Source: Balanoglossus misakiensis (lineage: Eukaryota > Animalia > Hemichordata). From it: a stretch of 64,000 nucleotides of DNA. Position numbers and translations under genes: made by a program. Every line of letters begins with the position of its first letter. Within the stretch, counting starts at the first letter, position 1. The notes beneath the pieces are model-generated. The model was not told the DNA's origin. It made no database searches and saw nothing but the letters and a program-made list of their open reading frames with translations. Positions 27,155-40,440 of this stretch are shown in pieces. The stretch covers positions 796,783-860,782 of the forward strand of contig CM082580.2 of the NCBI GenBank assembly GCA_040954595.2, in the 5' to 3' direction.

Positions 27155-29968
27155 CTTCTTCCCACTCTTAAAAACAGCCGCTATTCGAAGACCGTTGCAC
27201 CCAATGACTTGAAATTTGGCTCATAGGTAAAACTCAAAGCAAGTAATTTTCTGATCATGTAACTATGGCAACAGGTCACATGACCTGGCAGCCATCTTGG
27301 ATTGAAAGTTTAAAATTGATCTCATTTGCATAAAAAATGACGAATCAAAATTCTTTGAACAAACTTTGTGGACCATATGGCCAGGGTCCTATATGCAAAA
27401 TTTCAATGTTCAAGTCTTTGCCGATTTTGAGGAGATGATTTTTAAAGCATTATTTTTCATATTTTTCAAGACCATTGGACCCAGCCTTAGGCCTATACTT
27501 TCCATAGTTAAGCTATGGCCACCTAGGATCTTAGATTTATGCCCAATATCTCAACATCCGCTGGGCTGATCAGCTTCAAATTTATTGTGCAGCTAGCCTA
27601 CCTTCCAACAATCAGTTCCAACTGGAAAAAATAATATGAAAAATCGACCGATTTTTTTATATTAATTTTTTTATGAAATCTATACCTATACGTATTCCAC
27701 TATAGTTAAGCTATGGCCAAGTCGTTTTGTAGAATTGTGGTTGGTGCAATAGTCCTATCGGCCAGTGTGCAGCATAGGACCACAAAAAGAAGCCAAATTA
27801 ATTCAAGGGTCACCTGTGACACCTGCCTAACTCATTAATTATGTGCATACCTAATTCGAGGCAAACCAATAGGGCTACAGGTCTGATTTTTGTTAGACAT
27901 GGACCAGTATGGGGTCAAATTATCCCCCAAAATTTGGGGTGACCTTGAGTGACCTTTGACCTTCTTCCGCATATCTCGGCATCCAGAGCAGGTACAGCTT
28001 AGGTGTTTGGGTGGATGGTACCAAAATAAGAAGCCAAATTCAAGGGTCACCTGTGACACCTGCCTAACTCATTAATTATGTGCATACCTAATTCCAGGCA
28101 AACCAATAGGGCTACAGGTCTGATTTTTGTTAGACATGGACCAGTATGGGGTCAAATTATCCCCCAAAATTTGGGGTGACCTTGAGTGACCTTTGACCTT
28201 CTTCCGCATATCTCGGCATCCAGAGCAGGTACAGCTTAGGTGTTTGGGTGGATGGTACCAAAATAAGAAGCCAAATTCAAGGGTCACCTGTGACACCTGC
28301 CTAACTCATTAATTATGTGCATACCTAATTCCAGGCAAACCAATAGGGCTACAGGTCTGATTTTTGTTGGACATGAACCAGTATGGGGTCAAATTATCCC
28401 CCAAAATTTGGGGTGACCTTGGGTGACCTTTGACCTACTTCCTCATATCTCGGCATTTACAGCAGGTACAGCTTAGGTGTTTGGGTGGATGGTACCAAAA
28501 TAAGAAGCCAAATTCAAGGGTCACCTGTGACACCTGCCTAACTCCTTAATTATGTGCATACCTAATTCCAGGCAAACCAATAGGGCTACAGGTCTGATTT
28601 TTGTTAGACATGGACCAGTATGGGGTCAAATTATCCCCCAAAATTTGGGGTGACCTTGAGTGACCTTTGACCTTCTTCCGCATATCTCAGCATCCAGAGC
28701 AGGTACAGCTTAGGTGTTTGGGTGGATGGTACCAAAATAAGAAGCCAAATTCAAGGGTCACCTGTGACACCTGCCTAACTCATTAATTATGTGCATACCT
28801 AATTCCAGGCAAACCAATAGGGCTACAGGTCTGATTTTTGTTGGACATGAACCAGTATGGGGTCAAATTATCCCCCAAAATTTGGGGTGACCTTGGGTGA
28901 CCTTTGACCTACTTCCTCATATCTCGGCATTTACAGCAGGTACAGCTTAGGTGTTTGGGTGGATGGTACCAAAATAAGAAGCCAAAATTTAGGGTCACCT
29001 GTGACACCTGCCTAACTCATTAATTATGTGCATACCTAATTCTAGGCGAACCAAGGGGGCTACAGGTCTGGTGTTTGTTGGATATGTACCACTATGGGGT
29101 CAAATGTTTTTGCCCACATTTTGGGTGACCTTGGGTGACCTTTGACCTACTTCCTCATATCGCGGCATCCAGAGCAGGTACAGCTTAGGTGTTTGGGTGG
29201 ATGGTACCAAAATAAGAAGCCACAATTTAGGGTCACCTGTGACACCTGCATAACTCATTAATTATGTGCAAACCTAATTCCAGCCAAACTAACAGGGCTA
29301 CAGGTCTTGTGTTTGTTGGATATGTACCACTAGGGGATCAAATTGTTTTGCCCAAATTTTGGGGTGACCTTGGGTGACCTTTGACCTACTTCCACATATC
29401 TCAGCATCTACAGCAGGTACAGCTTAGGTGTTTGGGTGGATGGAACCAAAATAAGAAGCCAAAATTTAGGGTCACCTGTGACACCTGCCTTACTCATTAA
29501 TTATGTGCATACCTAATTCCAGGCGAACTAACAGGACTACAGGTCTGGTGTTTGTTGGACATGGACCAGTATGGGGTCAAATTTTCCCCCCAAATTTCGG
29601 GTGACCTTGGGTGACCTTTGACCTACTTCCGCATATCTCGGCATCCACAGCAGGTACAGCTTAGGTGTTTGGGAGGATGGTACCAAAATAAGTAGCCAAA
29701 ATTTAGGACCACCTGTGACACCTGCCTAACTATGTGCATAACTAAGTACACACAAACCAATAGGGCTAGATGTGTGGTTTTTATTGGACATGGACCAATA
29801 TAGTGTCAAAGTTTTCTGCTCATATTTAGGGTGACCTCACATGACGTTTGACCAACTTTCCCACATCCTCCACCCTGACTAATTAAATATGCACATATCT
29901 ATCTCCAGGCGAACCAATAGGGCTAGCAGTGTCTCGAAACCCGCTTATTGCTGTTCACAGCTATATTT
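27075..29968. mobile_element. Helentron/HINE (DINE-1-like) non-autonomous element with internal 237-bp tandem array (~8 copies)
   Basis: 5' stem gggtttcgagac-cctctg-gtctcgaaaccc, (TTA)n microsatellite, 3' subTIR gtctcgaaaccc and hairpin gctgttcacagc; empty site cataattattgtg at ~37385-37397; period 237 (27835/28072). Confidence 0.8.
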
Positions 29969-30956
29969 ATTGTGTTAAAGTTAATACATGTACTTCATTA
30001 GGTGTTCCAAGCCTCTAAATTTAAAAGCTGTATCTGCTGTACATGCCAAGTTATGGGAATGTAGATCAAAAGTTACTGCCAAAATTATCAAAATATTTGG
30101 GTTATGTCCTGGCAGCAGTAGTACTCATGTGAACAAAATCACGACTGTTGTGCTTTTTAACAAGAGGCATATCAACGTAGAATTAAGTTCTGAAAGATCT
30201 GGATCAAAAGACGAATGAAAGTTGCAAAAAAATAGTATAATTAAGTGTTGAAAAAATGGATGAAAGGACATGTGAAAGTTGATAAAAATTGTTTAACATA
30301 TTCTGGACTTATGGTGACTCGTATCCATAAAAAGGATTGGTGTGCTATCATTCAGTAGCCTTGAAATAGGAAATTTTAGTTTTTAATCGGAGTTCAGACA
30401 ATCCAATTTGACTTCAATAAGGTTTAACCAATCACAATTCACTTGAAAGCTTGATTAAAAAAGATTTTGGAAATTTTTCATGAGTTTTTGAAAAAATCCA
30501 TAATGAATCCAAATTCACATGACCACTATTAATATAATTGAAAAAAAAATGGAACGGCCAGTAAATTAGAACTTGATTGGCCCTGCAGTTTAGAAAAAAA
30601 TGTCCACTTTTAGAGATTATCAGAAAATCCAATATGGCCGCCATGAAGAAGACCCAACTATAAGCAGCATTGGAGTGACCAAAGTGGTTAGCATGGTTCC
30701 AACAGAAAGCAAAGGCTGTATCTGTTATGGATGCTGAGAAATGGTAAGTAAGCCAGAGGTCAGGCAAATTTGTGCCAACAAATTTTGACATCAAACTGAT
30801 AAGTGTCCAACAAGAACCAAACTTCTAAGCTCAATTGGTTAACTTTAAATAGGATAAGTACATAATGATTGTGTTAAAAATTAATACTTCATTAGGTGTT
30901 CCAGTCCTCTAAATTTGAAAGCCGTATCTGCTGTGCATGGCAAGTTATGGGAAAGA

Positions 30957-33900
30957 AGATCATGGCCAAAATTATCAAAATATTTGGGTTATGTCCTGGC
31001 AGCAATAGTACTCATGTGTACAAAATCATGACTGTTGTGCTTTTTAACAAGAGACATATCCAAGTAGATCAAGGGTCATGGCCAAAATTATCAAAATATT
31101 TGGGTTATGTCCTGGCAACAATAAAACTCATGTGAACAAAATCATGACTGTTGTGCTTTTTAACAAGAGACATATCCAAGTAGATCAAGGGTCATGGCCG
31201 AAATAATCAAAATATTTGGGTTATGTCCTGGCAGCAATAAAATTCATATGAACAAAATCATGACTGTTGTGCTTTTTAACAAGAGACATATCCAAGTAGA
31301 TCAAGGGTCATTGCCAAAATTATCCAAATATTTGGGTTATGTCCTGGCAGCAATAAAACTCATGTGAACAAAATCATGACTATTGTGCTTTTTAACAAGA
31401 GACATATCCAAGTAGATCAAGGGTCATTGCCAAAATGATCAAAATATATGGGTTATGTCCTGGCAGCAATAAAACTCATGTGAACAAAATCATGACTGTT
31501 GTGCTTTTTAACAAGAGACATATCCAAGTAGATCAAGGGTCATTGCCAAAATTATCAAAATATTTGGGTTATGTCCTGGCAGCAATAAAACTCATGTGAA
31601 CAAAATCATGACTGTTGTGCTTTTTAACAAGAGACATATCCAAGTAGATCAAGGGTCATTGCCAAAATTATCAAAATATTTGGGTTATGTCCAGGCACCA
31701 ATAGTACTCATGTGAACAAAATCATGACTGTTGTGCTTTTTAACAAGAGACATATCCAAGTAGATCAAGGGTCATTGCCAAAATTATCAAAATATTTGGG
31801 TTATGTCCAGGCAGCAATAGTACTCATGTGAACAAAATCATGACTGTTGTGCTTTTTAACAAGAGGCATATCCAAGTAGATCAAGGGTCATTGCCAAAAT
31901 TATCAAAATATTTGGGTTATGTCCAGGCAGCAATAGTACTCATGTGAACAAAATCATGACTGTTGTGCTTTTTAACAAGAGACATATCCAAGTAGATCAA
32001 GGGTCATTGCCAAAATTATCAAAATATTTGGGTTATGTCCAGGCAGCAATAGTACTCATGTGAACAAAATCATGACTGTTGTGCTTTTTAACAAGAGACA
32101 TATCCAAGTAGATCAAGGGTCATTACCAAGATTATCAAAATATTTGGGTTATGTCCTGGCAGCAATAAAACTCATGTGAACAAAATCATGACTGTTGTGC
32201 TTTTTAACAAGAGACATATCCAAGTAGATCAAGGGTCATTGCCATGATTATCAAAATATTTGGGTTATGTCCTGGCAGCAATAAAACTCATGTGAACAAA
32301 ATCATGACTATTGTGCTTTTTAACAAGAGACATATCCAAGTAGATCAAGGGTCATTGCCAAAATGATCAAAATATATGGGTTATGTCCTGGCAGCAATAA
32401 AACTCATGTGAACAAAATCATGACTGTTGTGCTTTTTAACAAGAGACATATCCAAGTAGATCAAGGGTCATTGCCAAAATTATCAAAATATTTGGGTTAT
32501 GTCCTGGCAGCAATAAAACTCATGTGAACAAAATCATGACTGTTGTGCTTTTTAACAAGAGACATATCCAAGTAGATCAAGGGTCATTGCCAAAATTATC
32601 AAAATATTTGGGTTATGTCCAGGCACCAATAGTACTCATGTGAACAAAATCATGACTGTTGTGCTTTTTAACAAGAGACATATCCAAGTAGATCAAGGGT
32701 CATTGCCAAAATTATCAAAATATTTGGGTTATGTCCAGGCAGCAATAGTACTCATGTGAACAAAATCATGACTGTTGTGCTTTTTAACAAGAGGCATATC
32801 CAAGTAGATCAAGGGTCATTGCCAAAATTATCAAAATATTTGGGTTATGTCCAGGCAGCAATAGTACTCATGTGAACAAAATCATGACTGTTGTGCTTTT
32901 TAACAAGAGACATATCCAAGTAGATCAAGGGTCATTGCCAAAATTATCAAAATATTTGGGTTATGTCCAGGCAGCAATAGTACTCATGTGAACAAAATCA
33001 TGACTGTTGTGCTTTTTAACAAGAGACATATCCAAGTAGATCAAGGGTCATTACCAAGATTATCAAAATATTTGGGTTATGTCCTGGCAGCAATAAAACT
33101 CATGTGAACAAAATCATGACTGTTGTGCCTTTTAACAAGAGACATATCCAAGTAGATCAAGGGTCATTGCCAAAATTATCAAAATATTTGGGTTATGTCC
33201 TGGCAGCAATAAAACTCATGTGAACAAAATCATGACTGTTGTGCTTTTTAACAAGAGACATATCCAAGTAGATCAAGGGTCATTGCCATGATTATCAAAA
33301 TATTTGGGTTATGTCCTGGCAGCAATAAAACTCATGTGAACAAAATCATGACTGTTGTGCTTTTAACAAGAGACATATCCAAGTAGATCAAGGGTCATTG
33401 CCAAAATTATCAAAATATTTGGGTTATGTCCAGGCAGCAATAGTACTCATGTGAACAAAATCATGACTGTTGTGCTTTTTAACAAGAGACATATCCAAGT
33501 AGATCAAGGGTCATTACCAAGATTATCAAAATATTTGGATTATGTCCTGGCAGCAATAAAACTCATGTGAACAAAATCATGACTGTTGTGCCTTTTAACA
33601 AGAGACATATCCAAGTAGATCAAGGGTCATTGCCAAAATTATCAAAATATTTGGGTAATGTCCTGGCAGCAATAAAACTCATGTGAACAAAATCATGACT
33701 GTTGTGCTTTTTAACAAGAGACATATCCAAGTAGATCAAGGGTCATTGCCAAGATTATCAAAATATTTGGGTTATGTCCTGGCAGCAATAAAACTCATGT
33801 GAACAAAATCATGACTGTTGTGCTTTTTAACAAGAGACATATCCAAGTAGATCAAGGGTCATTGCCAAAGTTATCAAAATATTTGGGTTATGTCCTGGCA

Positions 33901-34290
33901 GCGACAAAACTCATGTGAACAAAATCATGACTGTTGTGCTTTTTAACAAGAGACATATCCAAGTAGATCAAGGGTCATGGCCAAAATTATCAAAATATTT
34001 GGGTTATGTCCTGGCAACAATAAAACTCATGTGAACAAAATCATGACTGTTGTGCTTTTTAACAAGAGACATATCCAAGGGATCAAGGGTCATTACCAAG
34101 ATTATCAAAATATTTGGGTTATGTCCTGGCAGCAATAAAACTCATGTGAACAAAATCATGACTGTTGTGCTTTTTAACAAGAGACATATCCAAGTAGATC
34201 AAGGGTCATTGCCAAAATTATCAAAATATTTGGGTTATGTCCTGGCAGCAGTAGTACTCTTTGAACAAAATCATGACTGTTGAGCTTTTT
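30957..34290. repeat. 116-bp tandem array (~28-29 copies); smaller arrays at ~26040-26380, ~36125-36700 and ~38375-39420
   Basis: caagtagatc at 31061 and 31177; copies nearly identical. Confidence 0.97.
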
Positions 34291-37200
34291 ATCAAGAGCC
34301 ATATCCACATAAAATTAAGTTATGGAATTACTGGATCAAAGGACATGCGAGAGTCGCCAACAAATTGTTTAATCAAATACTGAAAAAAAACTGGATCAAA
34401 GAACATATGAAAGTTGTCAAAAAATGTAACATATTCTAGTCATATGGTGACTCGTATCCACAGAAAGAATTTGTGTGCTTTCAATGAGTAGGATAAAAAA
34501 AAGGAATTTTAGCTTTTAATCGGAGTTCAGAAAATCCAATTTGGCTCTGATAAGGTTAAACCAATCACAATTCACTTGAAAACTTGATTAGAAAAAGATT
34601 TTCGTAATTTTTGAATGAGATTTTTAAAAAATCCAATAAGGCACCAAAAGTCACATGACCACTAATGATATTTTATCAAACTTTCAACCGCACAGTAAAT
34701 TAGAACTTGATTGGCCCTGTAGTTTATGAAAATGTCAACCTTTAAAGCTTATTAGAAAATCCAATATGGCCGCCATGAAGAAGACAATTACAACTAAAAG
34801 TAGCATTGGAGGGACCAAGGTTCCAACAGAAAGCAGACCCCATCAAAATTCCAATTAACAAAATCAGGTAGGGGCACCATACCACACATTCCTACCAATT
34901 TTCAGCTCCATCGTACATGTAGTTAGGGAGAAGAAGATTTTTTTACCAAAAATTTTATTTTTAGATCTAATTTGCATATTCATGACCCGATCAAATCCAA
35001 ATTAACAAAATCAGGTAAGGGCACCATAACACACATTCCAACCAAATTTCAGCTAAATATGCCAAGTAGTTTTATAGAAGAAGATTGAAATACCAAAAGT
35101 TGACGGACGACGGATGACGGACGACAGACGACGGACAGACATTTATCAACCTACTGCTACAGCTCGGCTGACACAAGTGACAGCAGAGCTAATAAAAGCT
35201 GTATCTGCTGTGCATGCCAAGTTTTGGAAATGTAGATCAAGGGTCATTGCCAAAATTATCAAAATATTTGGGTTATGTCCTGCCAGAGTAGTACTCATGT
35301 GAACAAAATCATGACTGTTGTGCTTTTTAACAAGAGACATATCAATGTACAATTAAGTTCTGAAAGATCTTGATCAAAGGGAAAATGAAAGTTGCAAAAA
35401 ATTGTATAATTAAGTGTTAAAAAAAGGATCAATGGACATGTGAAAGTTGACAAATTTTTTTAACATTCTTGTCTTATGTTGACTCTATCCATAAAAAGGC
35501 TTGGTGTGCTATCATTCAGTAGCCTACAAATAGGAAATTTTAGTTTTTAATCGGAGTTCAGAAAATCCAATTAGGCTTCAATAAGGTTTAACCAATCACA
35601 ATTTACGCGAAAGCTTGATTAAAAAAAGATTTTGGAAATTTTTCATGGTATTTTTCAAAAATCCATAATAAATCCAAATTCACATGAACACTAACAATAT
35701 TATTTTAAAAAATTGGAACGTACAGTAAATTAGAACTTGATTGGCCTTGTAATTTTTGAAAAAAAATGTCAACTTTTAAAGGTTATCAGAAAATCCAATA
35801 TGGCCACCATGAAGAAGACAATTAAAAGAACATGCAGCATCACAGGGGCCAAAGCAGTTAGCATGGTTCCAACAGAAAGCAAACTCTGTATCTGTTGTGG
35901 ATTCATAGAATGGTAGGTAAGCCAGAGGTCACGCAAATTTGTGCCAACAAATTTTGATATCAAACTGATAAGTGTCCAACAAGAACCAAACTTCTAAGCT
36001 CAATTGGTTAACTTTAAATAGGATAAGTACATAATGATTGTGTTAAAGATTAATACTTCATTAGGTGTTCCAGTCCTCTATATTTGAAAGCCATATCTGC
36101 TGTGCATGTCAAATTATGGGAAAGTAGATCATGGCCAAAATTATCAAAATATTTGGGTTATGTCCAGGCAGCAATAGTACTCATGTGTACAAAATCATGA
36201 CTGTTGTGCTTTTTAACAAGAGACATATGCAAGTAGATCAAGGGTCATGGCCAAAATTATCAAAATATTTGGGTTATGTCCTGGCAGCAATAAAACTCAT
36301 GTGAACAAAATCATGACTGTTGTGCTTTTTAACAAGAGACATATCCAAGTAGATCAAGGGTCATGGCCAAAATTATCAAAATATTTGGGTTATGTCCTGG
36401 CAGCAATAAAACTCATGTGAACAAAATCATGACTGTTGTGCTTTTTAACAAGAGACATATCCAAGTAGATCAAGGGTCATTGCCAAAATTATCAAAATAT
36501 TTGGGTTATGTCCTGGCAGCAATAAAACTCATGTGAACAAAATCATGACTGTTGTGCTTTTTAACAAGAGACATATCCAAGTAGATCAAGGGTCATTGCC
36601 AAAATTATCAAAATATTTGGGTTATGTCCTGGCAGCAGTAGTACTCTTTGAACAAAATCATGACTGTTTAGCTTTTTATCAAGAGCCATATCCACATAAA
36701 ATTTAGTTATGGAATTACTGGGTCAAAGGACATGCGAGAGTTGCCAACAAATTGTTTAATCAAGTTTTGAAAAAACTGGATCAAAGGACATGTGAAAGTT
36801 GCCAAAAAATGTAACGTATTCTAGTCATATGGCGACTCGTATCCATAAAATTAATTTGTGTGCTTTCAATGAGTAGGCTAGAAATAGAAAATCTTAGTTT
36901 TTAATCAGTGTTTAGAAAAATCCAATTTGGCTCCAATAAGGTGACACCAATCACAATTCACTTGAAAACTTGATTAGAAAAAGATGTTCTGTAATTTTTT
37001 AATGAGATTTTTAAACAATCCAATTAGGCACCCAAAGTCACTTGACCACTAATGATATTTTTGTCAAACTTTCAACCCTACAGTAAACTAGAATTTGATT
37101 GGCCCTGTAGTTTATGAAAATGTCAACTTTTAAAGGTTATTAGAAATTCCAATATGGCCACCATGAAGAAGACAATTAGAGCTACAAGCAGCATTGGAGT

Positions 37201-40168
37201 GGCCAAAGCGGTTAGCATGGTTCCAACAGAAAGCAAATGCTGCATCTGTTGTGGATGCCTAGAAATGGTAAAGTATGCCAGAGGTGATGCAAAATGTGCC
37301 AACAAAATTTGATACCAAACTGATCAGTGTCCAACAAAAAGCAGACTTCTACGCTTTATTGGTTAACTTTAAATAGCTTATATACATAATTATTGTGTTA
37401 AAGTTAATACATGTACTTTATTAGGTGTTCCAGTCCTCTAAATTTAAAAGCTGTATCTGCTGTGCATGCCAAGTTATGGGAATGTAGATCAAAAGTTACT
37501 GCCAAAATTATCAAAATATTTGGGTTATGTCCGGGCAGCAGTAGTACTCATGTGAACAAAATCACGACTCTTGTGCTTTTTAACAAGAGGCATATCAACG
37601 TAGAATTAAGTTCTGAAAGATCTGGATCAAAAGACGAATGACAGTTGCAAAAAAATTGTATAATTAAGTGTTGAAAAAATGGATGAAAGGACATGTGAAA
37701 GTTGATAAAAATTGTTTAACATATTCTGGTCTTATGGTGACTCGTATCCATAAAAAGGATTGGTGTGCTATCATTCAGTAGCCTTGAAATAGGAAATTTT
37801 AGTTTTTAATCGGAGTTCAGACAATCCAATTTGGCTTCAATAAGGTTTAACCAATCACAATTCACTTGAAAGCTTGATTAAAAAAGATTTTGGAAATCTT
37901 CATGAGTTTTTGAAAAAATCCATAATAAATCCAAATTCACATGACCACTATTAATATAATTGAAAAAAAATTGGAACGGCCAGTAAATTAGAACTTGATT
38001 GGCCCTGCAGTTTAGAAAAAAATGTACACTTTTAGAGATTATCAGAAAATCCAATATGGCCGCCATGAAGAAGACCCAACTATAAGCAGCATTGGAGTGA
38101 CCAAAGTGGTTAGCATGGTTCCAACAGAAAGCAAAGGCTGTATCTGTTATGGATGCTGAGAAATGGTAAGTAAGCCAGAGGTCACGCAAATTTGTGCCAA
38201 CAAATTTTGACATCAAACTGATAAGTGTCCAACAAGAACCAAACTTCTAAGCTCAATTGGTTAACTTTAAATAGGATAAGTACATAACGATTGTGTTAAA
38301 GATTAATACTTCATTAGGTGTTCCAGTCCTCTAAATTTGAAAGCCGTATCTGCTGTGCATGGCAAGTTATGGGAAAGTAGATCATGGCCAAAATTATCAA
38401 AATATTTGGGTTATGTCCAGGCAGCAATAGTACTCATGTGTACAATATCATGACTGTTGTGCTTTTTAACAAGAGACATATCCAAGTAGATCAAGGGTCA
38501 TGGCCAAAATTATCAAAATATTTGGGTTATGTCCTGGCAGCAATATAACTCATGTGAACAAAATCATGACTGTTGTGCTTTTTAACAAGAGACCTATCCA
38601 AGTAGATCAAGGGTCATTGCCAAAATTATCAAAATATTTTGGTTATGTCCTGGCAGCAATAAAACTCATATGAACACAATAATGACTGTTGTGCTTTTTA
38701 ACAAGAGACATATCCAAGTAGATCAAGGGTCATTGCCAAAATTATCAAAATATTTGGGTTATGTCCTGGCAGCAATAAAACTCGTGTGAACACAATCATG
38801 ACTGTTGTGCTTTTTAACAAGAGACATATCCAAGTAGATCAAGGGTCATTGCCAAAATTATCAAAATATTTGGGTTATGTCCTGGCAGCAATAAAACTCA
38901 TGTGAACACAATCATGACTGTTGTGCTTTTTAACAAGAGGCATATCCAAGTAGATCAAGGATCATTGCCAACATTATCAAAATATGTAGGTTATGTCCAG
39001 GCAGCAATAAAACTCATGTGAACACAATTATGACTGTTGTGTTTTTTAACAAGAGACATATCCAAGTAGATCAAGGGTCATTGCCAAAATTATCAAAATA
39101 TTTTGGTTATGTCCTGGCAGCAATAAAACTCATGTGAACAAAATCATGACTGTTGTGCTTTTTAACAAGAGACATATCCAAGTAGATCAAGGGTCATCGC
39201 CAAAATTATCAAAATATTTGGGTTATGTCCTGGCAGCAATAAAACTCATGTGAACACAATTATGACTGTTGTGCTTTTTAACAAGACTAGAGACATATCC
39301 AAGTAGAACAAGGGTCATTGCCAAAATTATCAAAATATTTGGGTTATGTCCTGGCAGCAATAAAACTCATGTGAACACAATCATGACTGTTGTGCTTTTT
39401 AACAAGAGACATATCCAAGTACAATTCAGTTCTAACAAATCTGAATCAAAGGACATGTGAAATTTGCCAAAAAATGTAACGTATTCTATACATATGGTGA
39501 CTCGTATCAATAAAATGAATGTGTGCTTTAAATGAGTAGGCTAGAAATAGGAAATCTTTGTCTTTAATTAGAGTTCAGAAAGTCCAATTTGGCTCCAATA
39601 AGGTTTAACTAATCACAATACACTTGAAAACTTGATACGAAAAAGATTTTGGAAATGTTAAATGAGATTTTTTAACAATCCATAATGAATCCAAAGTCGC
39701 ATGACCACTAACAATATTATTGAAAAAAATTGGAAGGGACAGTAAATTAGAACTTGATTGGCCATGTAGTTTTGAAAAAATGTCAATTTTAAGAGGTTAT
39801 CAGAAAATCCAATATGGCCAACATGAAGAAGACAATTAAAGGAACATGCAACATTACAGGGGCCAAAGCAGTTAGCATGGTTCCAACAGAAAGCAAACTC
39901 TGTATCTGTTGTGGATGGCTAGAAATGGTAAGCCAGAGGTCACTATGTCTATGTATAATTAACTTCTTAAAACATAGCGTATAGGAAACTGTTGTGCCAT
40001 TTGGGGATTACACAGATTTTAGGTATTCACCAGAATTAAATCGCGGGCGACATTGGCAAGCATATATGGCAAAAATATTCAAATACTATGGAAACATAAA
40101 AAAAATTCACCATGCTCAATCAAGTGTTATGTGTCACTGCAATCTTACAAGCAGCACTAAAAAAAACA

Positions 40169-40440
40169 GATTTTTGTCCAAAAACTGTCTGTAAAATACA
40201 TGCGAGTATGACAAGCTAATTAGTCCAATCAGACAGAGGCATTCACTGACCTACCACCAGTTTATAATAAAATAACCGGTGGTCTCTGTAACAGCTGGAC
40301 CACAACTGATTTTTGTCCAAAAACTGTCTGTAAAATATATGCGAGTATGACAAGCTAATTAGTCCAATCAGACAGAGGCATTCACTGACCTACCACCAGT
40401 TTATAATAAAATAGCCGGTGGTCTCTGTAACAGCTGGACC
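40169..40440. repeat. ~140-bp tandem duplication of a dispersed-repeat end (related sequence inverted at ~60424-60480)
   Basis: gatttttgtccaaaaactgtctg...ggtctctgtaacagctggacc occurs twice. Confidence 0.85.

Larger units (their letters stand above)
20845..39945. repeat. Macrosatellite with ~0.9-kb unit, interrupted by subrepeat expansions and two insertions
   Basis: gcatggttccaacagaaagc anchor near 22271, 23168, 25871, 26897, 30691, 35861, 37215, 38113 and 39875; uninterrupted spacing 897-898 bp. Confidence 0.9.

Noticed and set aside
21382-39460. Repeated ORFs such as AKIIKIFGLCPGS, FFMAAILDFL and MSQVTLEFG
   Set aside because: Products of the 116-, 146-, 237-bp and ~0.9-kb repeats with frequent stops and frameshifts
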